Positions 21,848-32,526 of a stretch of 64,000 bases of DNA are shown piece by piece. Both the position numbers and the translations under genes were made by a program. Each line of letters begins with the position of its first letter. The first letter of the stretch is position 1. The notes under the pieces are model-generated. The model had not been told where the DNA came from. It was given only the letters and a program-made list of their open reading frames with translations, and ran no database searches. Source of the stretch: an uncultured Spirochaetales bacterium. Lineage in GTDB: Bacteria > UBP6 > UBA1177 > JAKLFG01. The DNA is taken from the NCBI GenBank assembly GCA_964412895.1, contig CAYPQK010000001.1, positions 5,041-69,040 on the forward strand. The letters are read 5' to 3'.

Positions 21848-22579
21848 ATGCGCGGACTGTTCGTGACGGCGACCGACACCGGCGTCGGCAAGACATTTGT
21901 TTCGACGATACTCACCCGCGGCCTCATTTCCCGCAACCTTCCCGCCATTCATTTTAAGCCGGTACAATCGGGTCTCATCACCGTGAATGGTACCGAATAT
22001 CCGGCCGATCTCGCCTTTTCGTGGAGCCTCATCGACCCCGAGGGCGACCTCGCCGCCTACTGCGCAAAACGGTCGCTCTTCGCCTTCCGGACGCCGGTAT
22101 CGCCCGACTTTGCCGCCGAGAAAGAGGGAAAGAGCATCGATCCGGCCGCCATCGTGGCGCGGGCGAACGAGTTGGCGAAGGAGCATCTCCTCATCACCGA
22201 GGGGGCGGGCGGCGTCGCGGTGCCGCTGGCGCCGAACTATCTCATGGCCGATCTCATCGCCGACCTCGGCCAACCGGCGCTCATCGTGGCGCGGCCGGGA
22301 CTCGGGACGCTCAACCATACCTATCTGACGGTCGATCATCTGCGGCGGCGCGGCATCAGTATCGCCGGCATCGTTGTTTCGGGTTATGACGCCGGGGATA
22401 TATCGGCCGAACGGAACCTCCGGATGCTCGTGGAGATGAATGACCTGCCGCTCATCGGCATCCTGCCGCGCATCCTCGGACTCGATACCGAACGGCCCGG
22501 TTGGATCACCCCCGAAGCGGCCGACGCCCTACAGGAACGGTTCGACTGGCGGCGGATACTTGCGGCGGCGGGCGCATGA
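21848..22579 (+). CDS. bioD: ATP-dependent dethiobiotin synthetase
   Basis: N-terminal P-loop FVTATDTGVGKT. Size 243 aa. Adjacent to bioF. Confidence 0.85.
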   Translation: MRGLFVTATDTGVGKTFVSTILTRGLISRNLPAIHFKPVQSGLITVNGTEYPADLAFSWSLIDPEGDLAAYCAKRSLFAFRTPVSPDFAAEKEGKSIDPAAIVARANELAKEHLLITEGAGGVAVPLAPNYLMADLIADLGQPALIVARPGLGTLNHTYLTVDHLRRRGISIAGIVVSGYDAGDISAERNLRMLVEMNDLPLIGILPRILGLDTERPGWITPEAADALQERFDWRRILAAAGA

Positions 22580-23709
22580 ACGACTTCATAAAAAAAGAAC
22601 TTGAAAAGCTGGCGGCGGCGGGACTCACGCGGACCCTGCGCGAGTTCATACCCGCTGGATCGGCCCTGCGCGGCATGCTTAATGGACGGCGGGTTGTCAA
22701 TTTCTCCTCCAATTCCTACCTTGGGCTCGACAGTCATCCGGCGCTCAAAAAGGCGGCGATCGCGGCGCTTGAGAAGTGGCCGGTCGGCGCACCGGCGTCA
22801 CGGCTCATCACCGGTACCGGGCCGTGGGTGAGCGAACTGGAAGAGAAGACCGCCGCGTGGAAAAAACGCGAGGCGGCACTCTATTTCGGGTCGGGCTACG
22901 GTGCCAATGTCGGCATCATCGCGGCGCTCGCCGACCGCGACACCGATCTGTTCCTCGACAAACTCGATCACGCCTCCATCGTCGACGGCGCGGTGCTGTC
23001 GCGGGCGAAACTACAGCGCTACCGTCACAACGATACTCATGACCTTGAACGGCTTCTTTCCCGCTCGACCGCCGCGCGGAAACTGGTGGTCACCGATACG
23101 ATCTTCAGCATGGACGGCGACATTGCGCCGCTCGAAGATATCGTCGCGCTCTGCAAAAAACATGACGCCCTCCTCATCGTTGACGAGGCGCATGCCGGCG
23201 GCGTGTATGGAAAAACCGGCGCCGGAATGATGGAAGAGCGGGGGCTTGCGGGGACGGCGTTCATCGACATGGGGACCTTCTCAAAAGCGCTTGGCGTTTC
23301 GGGTGGTTATGTCGCCGGCGACCGCGCCGTGATAGAGTATCTGGTGAACCGTGCCCGCAGTTTCATCTTTACCACCGCTACCTCGCCGATGGTCTGCGCC
23401 GCGGCGTCGGCCGCGATCGATATCGTCGGGTCGGACGAAGGGGCGCAACTCCGCGAGCGGCTTCAGCACCATATCGCGACGCTCCGCACGGTCATCCCGG
23501 CCGCCACCACGCAGATAGCGCCGCTTATTACCGGCGATATCCCCGCGACGATGGCGCGTTACGAACAATTTCTGGACAGGGGGCTTCTCGCCCTGCCGGT
23601 GCGGCCGCCGACGGTGCCGCCGGGGACCAGCCGCCTGCGCATATCGCTTTCGGCGGGACATACCGACGCAGAGATCTCGCTACTTATCGAGGCATTAAAA
23701 GAAAATTAA
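22576..23709 (+). CDS. bioF: 8-amino-7-oxononanoate synthase (alpha-oxoamine synthase family, PLP-dependent)
   Basis: Start ATG overlaps the bioD stop (ATGA). PLP-lysine region GTFSKALGVSGGY. AONS-like N-terminus. Confidence 0.82.
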   Translation: MNDFIKKELEKLAAAGLTRTLREFIPAGSALRGMLNGRRVVNFSSNSYLGLDSHPALKKAAIAALEKWPVGAPASRLITGTGPWVSELEEKTAAWKKREAALYFGSGYGANVGIIAALADRDTDLFLDKLDHASIVDGAVLSRAKLQRYRHNDTHDLERLLSRSTAARKLVVTDTIFSMDGDIAPLEDIVALCKKHDALLIVDEAHAGGVYGKTGAGMMEERGLAGTAFIDMGTFSKALGVSGGYVAGDRAVIEYLVNRARSFIFTTATSPMVCAAASAAIDIVGSDEGAQLRERLQHHIATLRTVIPAATTQIAPLITGDIPATMARYEQFLDRGLLALPVRPPTVPPGTSRLRISLSAGHTDAEISLLIEALKEN

Positions 23710-23737
23710 AGAGAAAAGCCCGGAATAGGGCGATGGG

Positions 23738-24848
23738 TCAGGTGCACTCGTAGCCGGTCGGACAGGCGCCGAAGTTGTCGGCGTTCTGGCCGTTGTCGTT
23801 GTCGCAACCGGACCAGTCGGTCCAGTGGCAAGTGTTTTCGTCGCAGTAGCGGATGCGGTATTCGGTGCCGGGATCGCAGCCTCCGCCGCCGCTGCCGGTG
23901 CAGTACTGCGCGTTGCTGTCGGTCTCGCACTCTTCCCCTTCGGTATCATCGATATTGCCGTCGCCGCAGTAGGGGGCCATGCCGTCGGCACAGCCGGTGT
24001 TGCAGTGGCCGTAGGTGCCGTCGTTGACCGTGTCGTCGCAGTCCTCGCCCTCTTGGTCGTCGACCGTGCCGTCGCCGCAGTAGGGGCCCATGCCGGAGGC
24101 ACAGCCGGGGTTGCAGTAGCCGTAGGTGCCGTCGTTGACCGTGTCGTCGCAGTCTTCGCCCGCTTCGGTGTCGATATTGCCGTCGCCGCAGATGGGGCCG
24201 GGACCCTGACAGTCGATGGCACAGTAGCCGTAGGTGCCGTTGAGGATGACGCCGTCGTCGCAGTCCTCATAGCCGGTGTCGGTGTTACTGTCGCCGCAGC
24301 GCGGGCCGGGTCCGGTGCAGATGGCGTTGCAATGACCGTAGGTGCCGTTGAGCGTCTCGCCGTCGTCGCACGCTTCGGTCCCGTTGATCGTACCGTCGCC
24401 GCAGAAAGCGATAACGATGTCGTTGTCGGGCGTTATGGTGCCGTCGTCGGTGACGATGCCGTCATCGGTCGGCGTTTCGTCGGTGTCGGTCGTGGCATCG
24501 GGTTCGATCGTGTCGTCGTCGGAGGGGAGGATGTCATCGTCGGTATCGTCGGGCTGGACGATGTCGTCGTCGGGCGTTATGGTGTGGTCGTCGGTCACCG
24601 GCTTGTCCGATTCGACGGGCGGCGTATCCTTGTCGAGGCCGTCGCCGTCGCCGGTATCGTCGGCGTCGGTCGCGGTATCGGTCACGGGGTCGTCGATGAG
24701 CGGATCGTCGATCAGAAGCTCGTCGGAATCGTCGAGCAGGTCGGAGTCGCCCGGCACGGCATCTTTATCGCTCGGGACGATATTGTGGGTGTTCTCACTG
24801 CACGCGAACGCCGCGAAACAAAGCGACACAAGGATGAACCACTTCATG
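23738..24848 (-). CDS. Secreted lipoprotein with acidic linker and tandem Myxococcus-type cysteine-rich repeats
   Basis: GGGGAG RBS. Signal plus lipobox FACS. About 4 repeats of CGDGxxxxxExCDDGxxxNGTYGxCxxxC. Confidence 0.7.
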
Positions 24849-24933
24849 AAATTCTCCCCTATACATACCAATTACCAGTCGAGTATGCATCCGATTCTCC
24901 CTGAAATCAAGTGTTTTTTCTTTGCCGGTCGAT

Positions 24934-24962
24934 TTGACAGATGCCTCGTTTTTTATTAGACT
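24934..24962 (+). promoter_or_regulatory. Sigma70-like promoter for the 25008 gene
   Basis: TTGACA, 17 nt spacer, TAGACT, in the divergent intergenic region. Confidence 0.45.
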
Positions 24963-25007
24963 CACTCCATTCTATGGTTTTTTTACCAAACGAGGGGGAG
25001 AATGATC

Positions 25008-27227
25008 ATGAAGAAGATGTTGTTTGTGTGTCTTTTCGTCGGCTTGATGCCGTGCCTGTTGAGCGCCTTACCGCAGTTGTCTGTCACCAAGAGCGGCAGC
25101 GGCGCCGGCGTGGTGACCGACGATGGCGGAGTCATCGATTGTGGCGACACCTGCTCGTCCGGTTATGCCGCCGATACGGTGGTGACGCTCGCCGCCGCCG
25201 CCGCCACCGGCAGTCATTTCGTCGAATGGACCGGCGCCTGCACCGGTTTCGGCGCCTGCGTGGTGACGATGGACGCGGACAAGACGGTCAATGCGAAGTT
25301 CGACTGCGATAACGGTACCATCAACCCGCTCGATGGTCTCTGCGGACTCAACGGCCGCGGCGATCACTACGAAGAATGCATTGAAGGCGCGTGGGAGGAG
25401 CAGTGCGACGATCCCGATACCTGCACCAGCGGCGCTACCCAGTGCGACGGCAGCAATAACTATAATCTCTGCGAAATGCAGTTGGATACCGGCAACTACG
25501 ACTGGACCGTCGTCTCCTGCACCGACGAACATGACTGTACCGTCGATTCGTGCGACGACACGCTCGGCTGTGTCAACGCTCTTGCCGACACCGACACCGT
25601 CTGCGCTCCGGCCGCCGGGGTGTGCGATGCGGTCGAATACTGTGACGGCACCCATCCCGACTGTGTGTTCGATCTGAAACTGACCATAGAATGCAACGCC
25701 AAGGTCGGCGACTGCGATGTGGCCGAGAATTGCGACGGCATCGAGAACGACTGTCCGATCGACGGGGTCGCCGGCAATACCGTCGTCTGCCGTGACGCCG
25801 ACGGTGATTGCGATGCGGTCGAAAAATGCACCGGCTCGTCGAAATCATGTCCCGGTGACGGCGTGAAGGGTTCCGACATCGTCTGCCGCCCGATAGCCGG
25901 CGTCTGCGATGTGGCCGACAACTGCGACGGGATGAACAAGAGTTGTCCTACCGACGAATTCGCGGCCAACACCGTTCCCTGCCGCACCGCCGACGGAGAA
26001 TGCGATGTCGCCGAGAACTGTCCCGGCAACGCCGCCGCCTGTCCCGTTGACGAATTCGTCGCGATCGACACCCCGTGCGGAAGCGGCGTGGATGTGGTCT
26101 GTAACCGTGCCGACACCTGCGACGGCGAAGGGACCTGTCAGCCCAACTATTCAGACATTGAGACCATCTGCCACGTATCCACCGGCATTTGTGATCCGGC
26201 CGAGACCTGTGACGGCGCCGGGAATTGTCCGGTCGATCTCCTTGCCGGTACCGACACCGTCTGCCGCTCCGCCGTCGATGTGTGCGATGCCGACGAGGTC
26301 TGCGACGGCGCGAATGTCGACTGTCCCGCCGAGGATTACACCGCGGTCAACGGAGACGAGTGTGTCGATGGCTACGATTACACCGACACCGAGACCTGTG
26401 CCGACGGCGTCTGTTCCGGTGCCGAAGTGGTCGGTTCCTGCGCGGCGGCCTACACCGTGACGACGCTCCCCTACACGCTGGAGAGCACCACCATCGGCCG
26501 TCCGAGCCACATCGACACCTATGGCCTCAACTGCCCGCTGTCGAGCGCGCCGCTGGGTGACGCGGTCCTCAATGTTGCGATGGATTCGTCGAAGGATTAC
26601 ACCATCTCCATCACCCGCACCGGCGGCTGGACCGGCTTCATCGCCGTTATCCCGATGTGCACCGAATTCTTCACCAACACCACCTGTCTGAACTCGAACT
26701 CCGCCGCCGATTCGTTCACCTACTCGCCCGCCATCAGCGGGAACGCCACCATCGTCGTTGAATCGAACAGCGCCGAGGGCGACTTCACCCTCACCATCGA
26801 AGAGGTCGAGGTCATCGTCCCCGACGATACGCCGATCACCGACGACGACACCATCCTGACCGACGAGATAGCCACCGACGACATCGTGACCGATGATGTG
26901 GTGACCGACGATATCGTGACCGATGAAATACTGTCCGACGAAGCGGGCGACGATGGCGATTTCCTTCCGGGTGAGTTTGACGAGCCGGTCACCGACGACG
27001 GCACGGTGCAGGACACAGACACGGTCGTCGCCGACAACCAGACCGACACTGACACCGTCGTGACCGACACCAAGCCCGATACCGACACCACGGTCACCGA
27101 CAACGAGACACCGGACGAGGCGAGTGACGCGCTCCTCGGCGATGAAGACAATATCACCACCGACACGACCGGCACCGATACCGACAAACCGGGCGACGAT
27201 GGTTGCGGCTGTAGCGTGGTGTTCTAA
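25008..27227 (+). CDS. Secreted cysteine-rich repeat protein with N-terminal InlB-B-like bacterial repeat domain and C-terminal Asp/Thr-rich tail ending GCGCSVVF
   Basis: GGGGGAG RBS 7 nt before the ATG. Signal peptide. At least 8 repeats of CDxAExCDGxxxxCPxD. Low-complexity TDDxVTDD tail. Confidence 0.7.
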   Translation: MKKMLFVCLFVGLMPCLLSALPQLSVTKSGSGAGVVTDDGGVIDCGDTCSSGYAADTVVTLAAAAATGSHFVEWTGACTGFGACVVTMDADKTVNAKFDCDNGTINPLDGLCGLNGRGDHYEECIEGAWEEQCDDPDTCTSGATQCDGSNNYNLCEMQLDTGNYDWTVVSCTDEHDCTVDSCDDTLGCVNALADTDTVCAPAAGVCDAVEYCDGTHPDCVFDLKLTIECNAKVGDCDVAENCDGIENDCPIDGVAGNTVVCRDADGDCDAVEKCTGSSKSCPGDGVKGSDIVCRPIAGVCDVADNCDGMNKSCPTDEFAANTVPCRTADGECDVAENCPGNAAACPVDEFVAIDTPCGSGVDVVCNRADTCDGEGTCQPNYSDIETICHVSTGICDPAETCDGAGNCPVDLLAGTDTVCRSAVDVCDADEVCDGANVDCPAEDYTAVNGDECVDGYDYTDTETCADGVCSGAEVVGSCAAAYTVTTLPYTLESTTIGRPSHIDTYGLNCPLSSAPLGDAVLNVAMDSSKDYTISITRTGGWTGFIAVIPMCTEFFTNTTCLNSNSAADSFTYSPAISGNATIVVESNSAEGDFTLTIEEVEVIVPDDTPITDDDTILTDEIATDDIVTDDVVTDDIVTDEILSDEAGDDGDFLPGEFDEPVTDDGTVQDTDTVVADNQTDTDTVVTDTKPDTDTTVTDNETPDEASDALLGDEDNITTDTTGTDTDKPGDDGCGCSVVF

Positions 27228-27250
27228 TTATTCCCGGAAGCTCTGCTGAT

Positions 27251-27280
27251 AAAAAAAACGGCCCCTCGGGTGAGGGGCCG
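27251..27280 (-). terminator. Rho-independent terminator of groESL
   Basis: On the minus strand: GGCCCCTCACCCGAGGGGCC hairpin followed by TTTTTTTT. Confidence 0.6.
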
Positions 27281-27306
27281 TAGCATGGACAAAGCCTAAG
27301 TTTTGA

Positions 27307-28962
<1,656 letters not shown>

Positions 28963-28974
28963 TCAACTCCCTTA

Positions 28975-29265
28975 TTATTTAGAAACTATCGCCAGCACAT
29001 CCTCTTCGCGGAGGATAAGGTGCTCTTCGCCTTCGATCTTGATGTCGGTGCCGCCGTACTTGCTGAACAGTATCCGGTCGCCCTTCTTCACTTCCATCTT
29101 CATCCGCTCGCCGCTGTCCAGCATCTTGCCGGGACCGACCGCGACCACTTCACCCTCGACCGGTTTCTCTTTCGCCGTGTCGGGAATGATGATGCCGCCT
29201 TTGGTCATGGTCTCGCTCTCAAGCCGCCGCACGATGATGCGGTCATTCAGGGGTCTCAGTTTCAT
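28975..29265 (-). CDS. groS: Co-chaperonin GroES (10 kDa)
   Basis: Full-length GroES ([29 protein letters not shown]...). Confidence 0.95.
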   Translation of the reverse strand: MKLRPLNDRIIVRRLESETMTKGGIIIPDTAKEKPVEGEVVAVGPGKMLDSGERMKMEVKKGDRILFSKYGGTDIKIEGEEHLILREEDVLAIVSK

Positions 29266-29305
29266 GGTGCCCTCCGTTATAGGTTTGGTGAACTATTTCA
29301 ATAAC

Positions 29306-29332
29306 CTAGCACTCACCACAGGCGACTGCTAA
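29306..29332 (-). promoter_or_regulatory. CIRCE operator (HrcA binding site) in the groES leader
   Basis: On the minus strand TTAGCAgTC-N9-GAGTGCTAg against the consensus TTAGCACTC-N9-GAGTGCTAA. It lies immediately downstream of a promoter. Confidence 0.8.
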
Positions 29333-29340
29333 CGGCGGTA

Positions 29341-29367
29341 GTTATAATCGCGGCCGGGCCGTTGTCA
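29341..29367 (-). promoter_or_regulatory. Sigma70-like promoter of groESL
   Basis: On the minus strand: TTGACA, 16 nt spacer, TATAAC. Confidence 0.6.
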
Positions 29368-29432
29368 AGTTATTTGCCAGCCGTTTTTTTATATGCTAGG
29401 ATGCCTGCGGGCAACCGAAGGAGGGACAACTC

Positions 29433-30299
29433 ATGAAATGGTTCATCGTTATGCTGACGGCGTGCGCTACCTTATCTATAGCAGCGTGCGACGACGGTAC
29501 CACCAATACCGGCACCGACCATGGCGTCGATGCCGACATCCCGCTCTGGGATAACACGGCCGGGGGCGATACGACGACCGACATGGATGCGGCGGTGTCG
29601 GACGATCCGACAGATCAGTCAGATCAAACGATAACTCCCGACGATACCGTCACCGATACTACCGTCACCGACGACACGGTGACCGACAACGACGCCGAGC
29701 AACCCGACATCGACACCGCGCCGGGCTACAAGTACTGCTACCGCGTCTGTCCGTCGGGAGTGGCCGACTGCGTCGTCGCCAACGCGACGGCGATCACCGA
29801 TGGCGATAATTATACCTGCGACAATGGTCTGTGCGTCTACACAGGGTGCAACAATTCGGCCGAGTGCGAAACGACCTACCAGACGACCACCTACGGCTGC
29901 AACACCGATCCGGGCTACGGTACGCCGACCTGCGCACAGAAGTGTTCGACCGCCGGCGACTGTGTGACCCAATACTCCCAGCCCGCCTACGATCTCGACA
30001 ACTACTCCTGCACCGGACAGGGTTTCTGCAAGTATAACGGGTGCAACACCGATCAGGAGTGCATCGACACGATGAGTTCGACCGGCAAGATATACGGCTG
30101 TTTCCTGAACGAGGCGATGGGGGCGAAATTCTGCGAGATCCGCTGTTCCTCCTACCTCGACTGCGGCTCAACTTCGACCCCCGCCTACACGCCGGACCGC
30201 TACACCTGCGAAGGAGAACGGTGCATCTATCACGGGTGCCAGACGGCGCAACAGTGCATCGACTCGATGGGCGCCGGTTACGACTGCCGCGAACCGTAA
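29433..30299 (+). CDS. Secreted lipoprotein with Thr/Asp-rich linker and 4 cysteine-rich repeats
   Basis: GGAGGG RBS. Signal plus lipobox IAAC. Repeats of the type C..DC....Y..D.Y.C..G.C.Y.GC....EC. Confidence 0.65.
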   Translation: MKWFIVMLTACATLSIAACDDGTTNTGTDHGVDADIPLWDNTAGGDTTTDMDAAVSDDPTDQSDQTITPDDTVTDTTVTDDTVTDNDAEQPDIDTAPGYKYCYRVCPSGVADCVVANATAITDGDNYTCDNGLCVYTGCNNSAECETTYQTTTYGCNTDPGYGTPTCAQKCSTAGDCVTQYSQPAYDLDNYSCTGQGFCKYNGCNTDQECIDTMSSTGKIYGCFLNEAMGAKFCEIRCSSYLDCGSTSTPAYTPDRYTCEGERCIYHGCQTAQQCIDSMGAGYDCREP

Positions 30300-30474
30300 C
30301 TCTCCTGAAATAAATTCTTCGCCCCGCCGGTTGATGCCTCGTCGGGCGGCTCAGACCGCTCAGTTCATTTCCCTCTTTGCCGCATCAACGGGGGAGCATA
30401 CAAAGGGGCGATGCGGTCTCACCGCAAAGATCAACCCCCCCCAAACAGCCCCGCTCCCCCACCTATTTTTCAAG

Positions 30475-30502
30475 TTGACACTTCGCCGCCGGCGGGTATA
30501 GT
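30475..30502 (+). promoter_or_regulatory. Sigma70-like promoter upstream of the ychF-like gene
   Basis: TTGACA, 16 nt spacer, TATAGT. Confidence 0.45.
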
Positions 30503-30531
30503 TGAGACTCCTTATTTGTAGTGGAGGCACC

Positions 30532-31554
30532 ATGCGCGCGGCGCTCATCGGACATCCGTTCTCGGGAAAAACGACCGTTTTCGAAGCGCTTACCGGCATC
30601 CCGGAGGCGAAGAAAGAGGAAAATATCGGGACGATAAAGGTTCCCGATGCCCGGATCGACCGGCTCGCCGAGATCTACAAACCGAAGAAGAAGACCTACG
30701 CCGAGTTCGTCCTGACCGACTACAATATCGCGGCGTCGAAGGATGCGCTCCTCGCCTCGCAGGTGAAGAACCTCATCCAGAAGGCCGATCTGCTCATCTT
30801 CGTTCTGCGCAACTTCGACTCCATCATGACGGCCGAGCCGAAGGACCCGCTCGCCGAATACCGGAAACTCAAGGACGAACTGCTCCTCACCGACCTCATC
30901 ATCGCCGAGAAGCGGATAGAGCGCGAGGCGAAGGAGAAGAAGAATCCGCCCGAGATGCCGGCGATAAAGAAGCTCCACGCGATACTCGAAAAAAGCGAGT
31001 TCCCGATGCCCGGCACCTTCACCGCCGATGAACTGGCCCACATCTCGAACTACAGTTTTCTGACGCTCAAGAAGCGCATCGCGCTGGTCAACGAGCCGGA
31101 AGGGGGTGCGCCGCTTTCGCCCGAATTCACCGCCGCCATCGCGGCCGACGGAGTGCTCTCGTTCCCCGTCTCGGCGACGCTGGAAAAGGATCTGTCGCAG
31201 ATGGCCGAGGAGGAACAGCTTGAATTCCTCAAAGGGTACGGCCTCACCGAATCGGCGCGTATCCGTTTCATCCGGACCGCCTACGAGACGCTCGGGCTCA
31301 TCTCCTTCCTGACGGCGGGCGAGGACGAGGTGCGGGCGTGGCCTATCCGCAAGGGGCTCCCGGCGGTCGAGGCGGCGGGCAAGATACACAGCGACATCCA
31401 GCGCGGCTTCATCCGCGCCGAGACGATACCCTTCGACGATTTCAACAAGTACGGCTCCGAGGCCGAGTGCAAAAAGGCGGGACACTACCGGCTCGAAGGG
31501 AAGGAGTACATCGTCAAGGACGGCGACATCATCAACTTCCGGTTCAATGTCTAG
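30532..31554 (+). CDS. YchF/Obg-family ribosome-associated ATPase/GTPase (divergent)
   Basis: GGAGG RBS. P-loop GHPFSGKTT. C-terminal TGS-like end GDIINFRFNV. Confidence 0.72.
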   Translation: MRAALIGHPFSGKTTVFEALTGIPEAKKEENIGTIKVPDARIDRLAEIYKPKKKTYAEFVLTDYNIAASKDALLASQVKNLIQKADLLIFVLRNFDSIMTAEPKDPLAEYRKLKDELLLTDLIIAEKRIEREAKEKKNPPEMPAIKKLHAILEKSEFPMPGTFTADELAHISNYSFLTLKKRIALVNEPEGGAPLSPEFTAAIAADGVLSFPVSATLEKDLSQMAEEEQLEFLKGYGLTESARIRFIRTAYETLGLISFLTAGEDEVRAWPIRKGLPAVEAAGKIHSDIQRGFIRAETIPFDDFNKYGSEAECKKAGHYRLEGKEYIVKDGDIINFRFNV

Positions 31555-31563
31555 CCGGGGCGC

Positions 31564-32457
31564 ATGAGTCACGATCACGGCCACGACCATCACGATCACG
31601 ACGAAAGCGGCAATATCGGCGTCGCCTTCTTTCTCAATCTTTCGTTCGCGCTGATAGAAGTTGTCGGCGGCCTGTTTACCAATAGCGTTGCGATACTCTC
31701 CGACGCACTGCACGATGTCGGCGACAGTTTGGCGCTCGCGCTGGCGTGGTATCTGCAGAAGGTGTCGGACAAGGGGCGCGACCGCCGGTTCACCTACGGA
31801 TACCGCCGTTTTTCGCTCCTCGGGGCGCTCATCAACAGCGTCATTCTCATCATGGGATCGCTTTTCATTTTCGCGATGGCGATATCGCGCCTCATCGCTC
31901 CGCAACCTACCATCGCCCTCGGGATGCTGGCGCTGGCGGTGCTCGGGATCGTGGTCAACGGCGCGGCGGTCCTGCGGCTTAGAAAAGGTCATTCGCAGAA
32001 CGCGAAGGTGGTGTCGTTGCATCTGCTGGAGGATGTGCTCGGCTGGGGGGCGGTGCTCGTCGGGGCTCTTATCATTCACTTCACCGGCTGGTTCTGGATA
32101 GATCCGCTCCTGTCGCTCGGTATCGCCGTCTATATTCTTATCAATGCCTACCACAACCTCCGTTCGGCCGCGAAGATACTCCTGCAGGGGATACCAGAGG
32201 GGCTGGATCTTGCGGCCATCGAGGCGCGACTGACGGCGGTCGCCGGGGTCGCCTCGTTCCATGACCTGCATCTGTGGAGTCTCGACGGCGAAACAACGAT
32301 CCTGACGGTCCATCTGGTGCTCGACGGCCCGGTGACGCAGGATGCCGCCTGCCGCATCAAGCGGGAAACGAGCGGCGCGATGGAGGAGCTCGGCATCGGC
32401 CACTGTACCATCGAACTCGAAGGAGCCGACGAATCCTGCGCCCGGTGCTGCCGATGA
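31564..32457 (+). CDS. Cation diffusion facilitator (CDF) family metal efflux transporter
   Basis: His-rich N-terminus HDHGHDHHDHDE. CDF TM signature ILSDALHDVGDS plus C-terminal cytoplasmic domain. Confidence 0.9.
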   Translation: MSHDHGHDHHDHDESGNIGVAFFLNLSFALIEVVGGLFTNSVAILSDALHDVGDSLALALAWYLQKVSDKGRDRRFTYGYRRFSLLGALINSVILIMGSLFIFAMAISRLIAPQPTIALGMLALAVLGIVVNGAAVLRLRKGHSQNAKVVSLHLLEDVLGWGAVLVGALIIHFTGWFWIDPLLSLGIAVYILINAYHNLRSAAKILLQGIPEGLDLAAIEARLTAVAGVASFHDLHLWSLDGETTILTVHLVLDGPVTQDAACRIKRETSGAMEELGIGHCTIELEGADESCARCCR

Positions 32458-32526
32458 AAAATCCCGTTGACTTTGGGACCGATTGTTTATAGCCTTTTTC
32501 CGGTGGGTATTGCGGGAGGGGAGAAA

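Noticed and set aside
27190-27227. C-terminal GCGCSVVF of the Cys-rich protein as a MYXO-CTERM sorting signal
   Set aside because: MYXO-CTERM requires a hydrophobic TM stretch and basic tail after the Cys-containing motif. Here the protein ends 4 residues after GCGC, so this is only reported as a curiosity.
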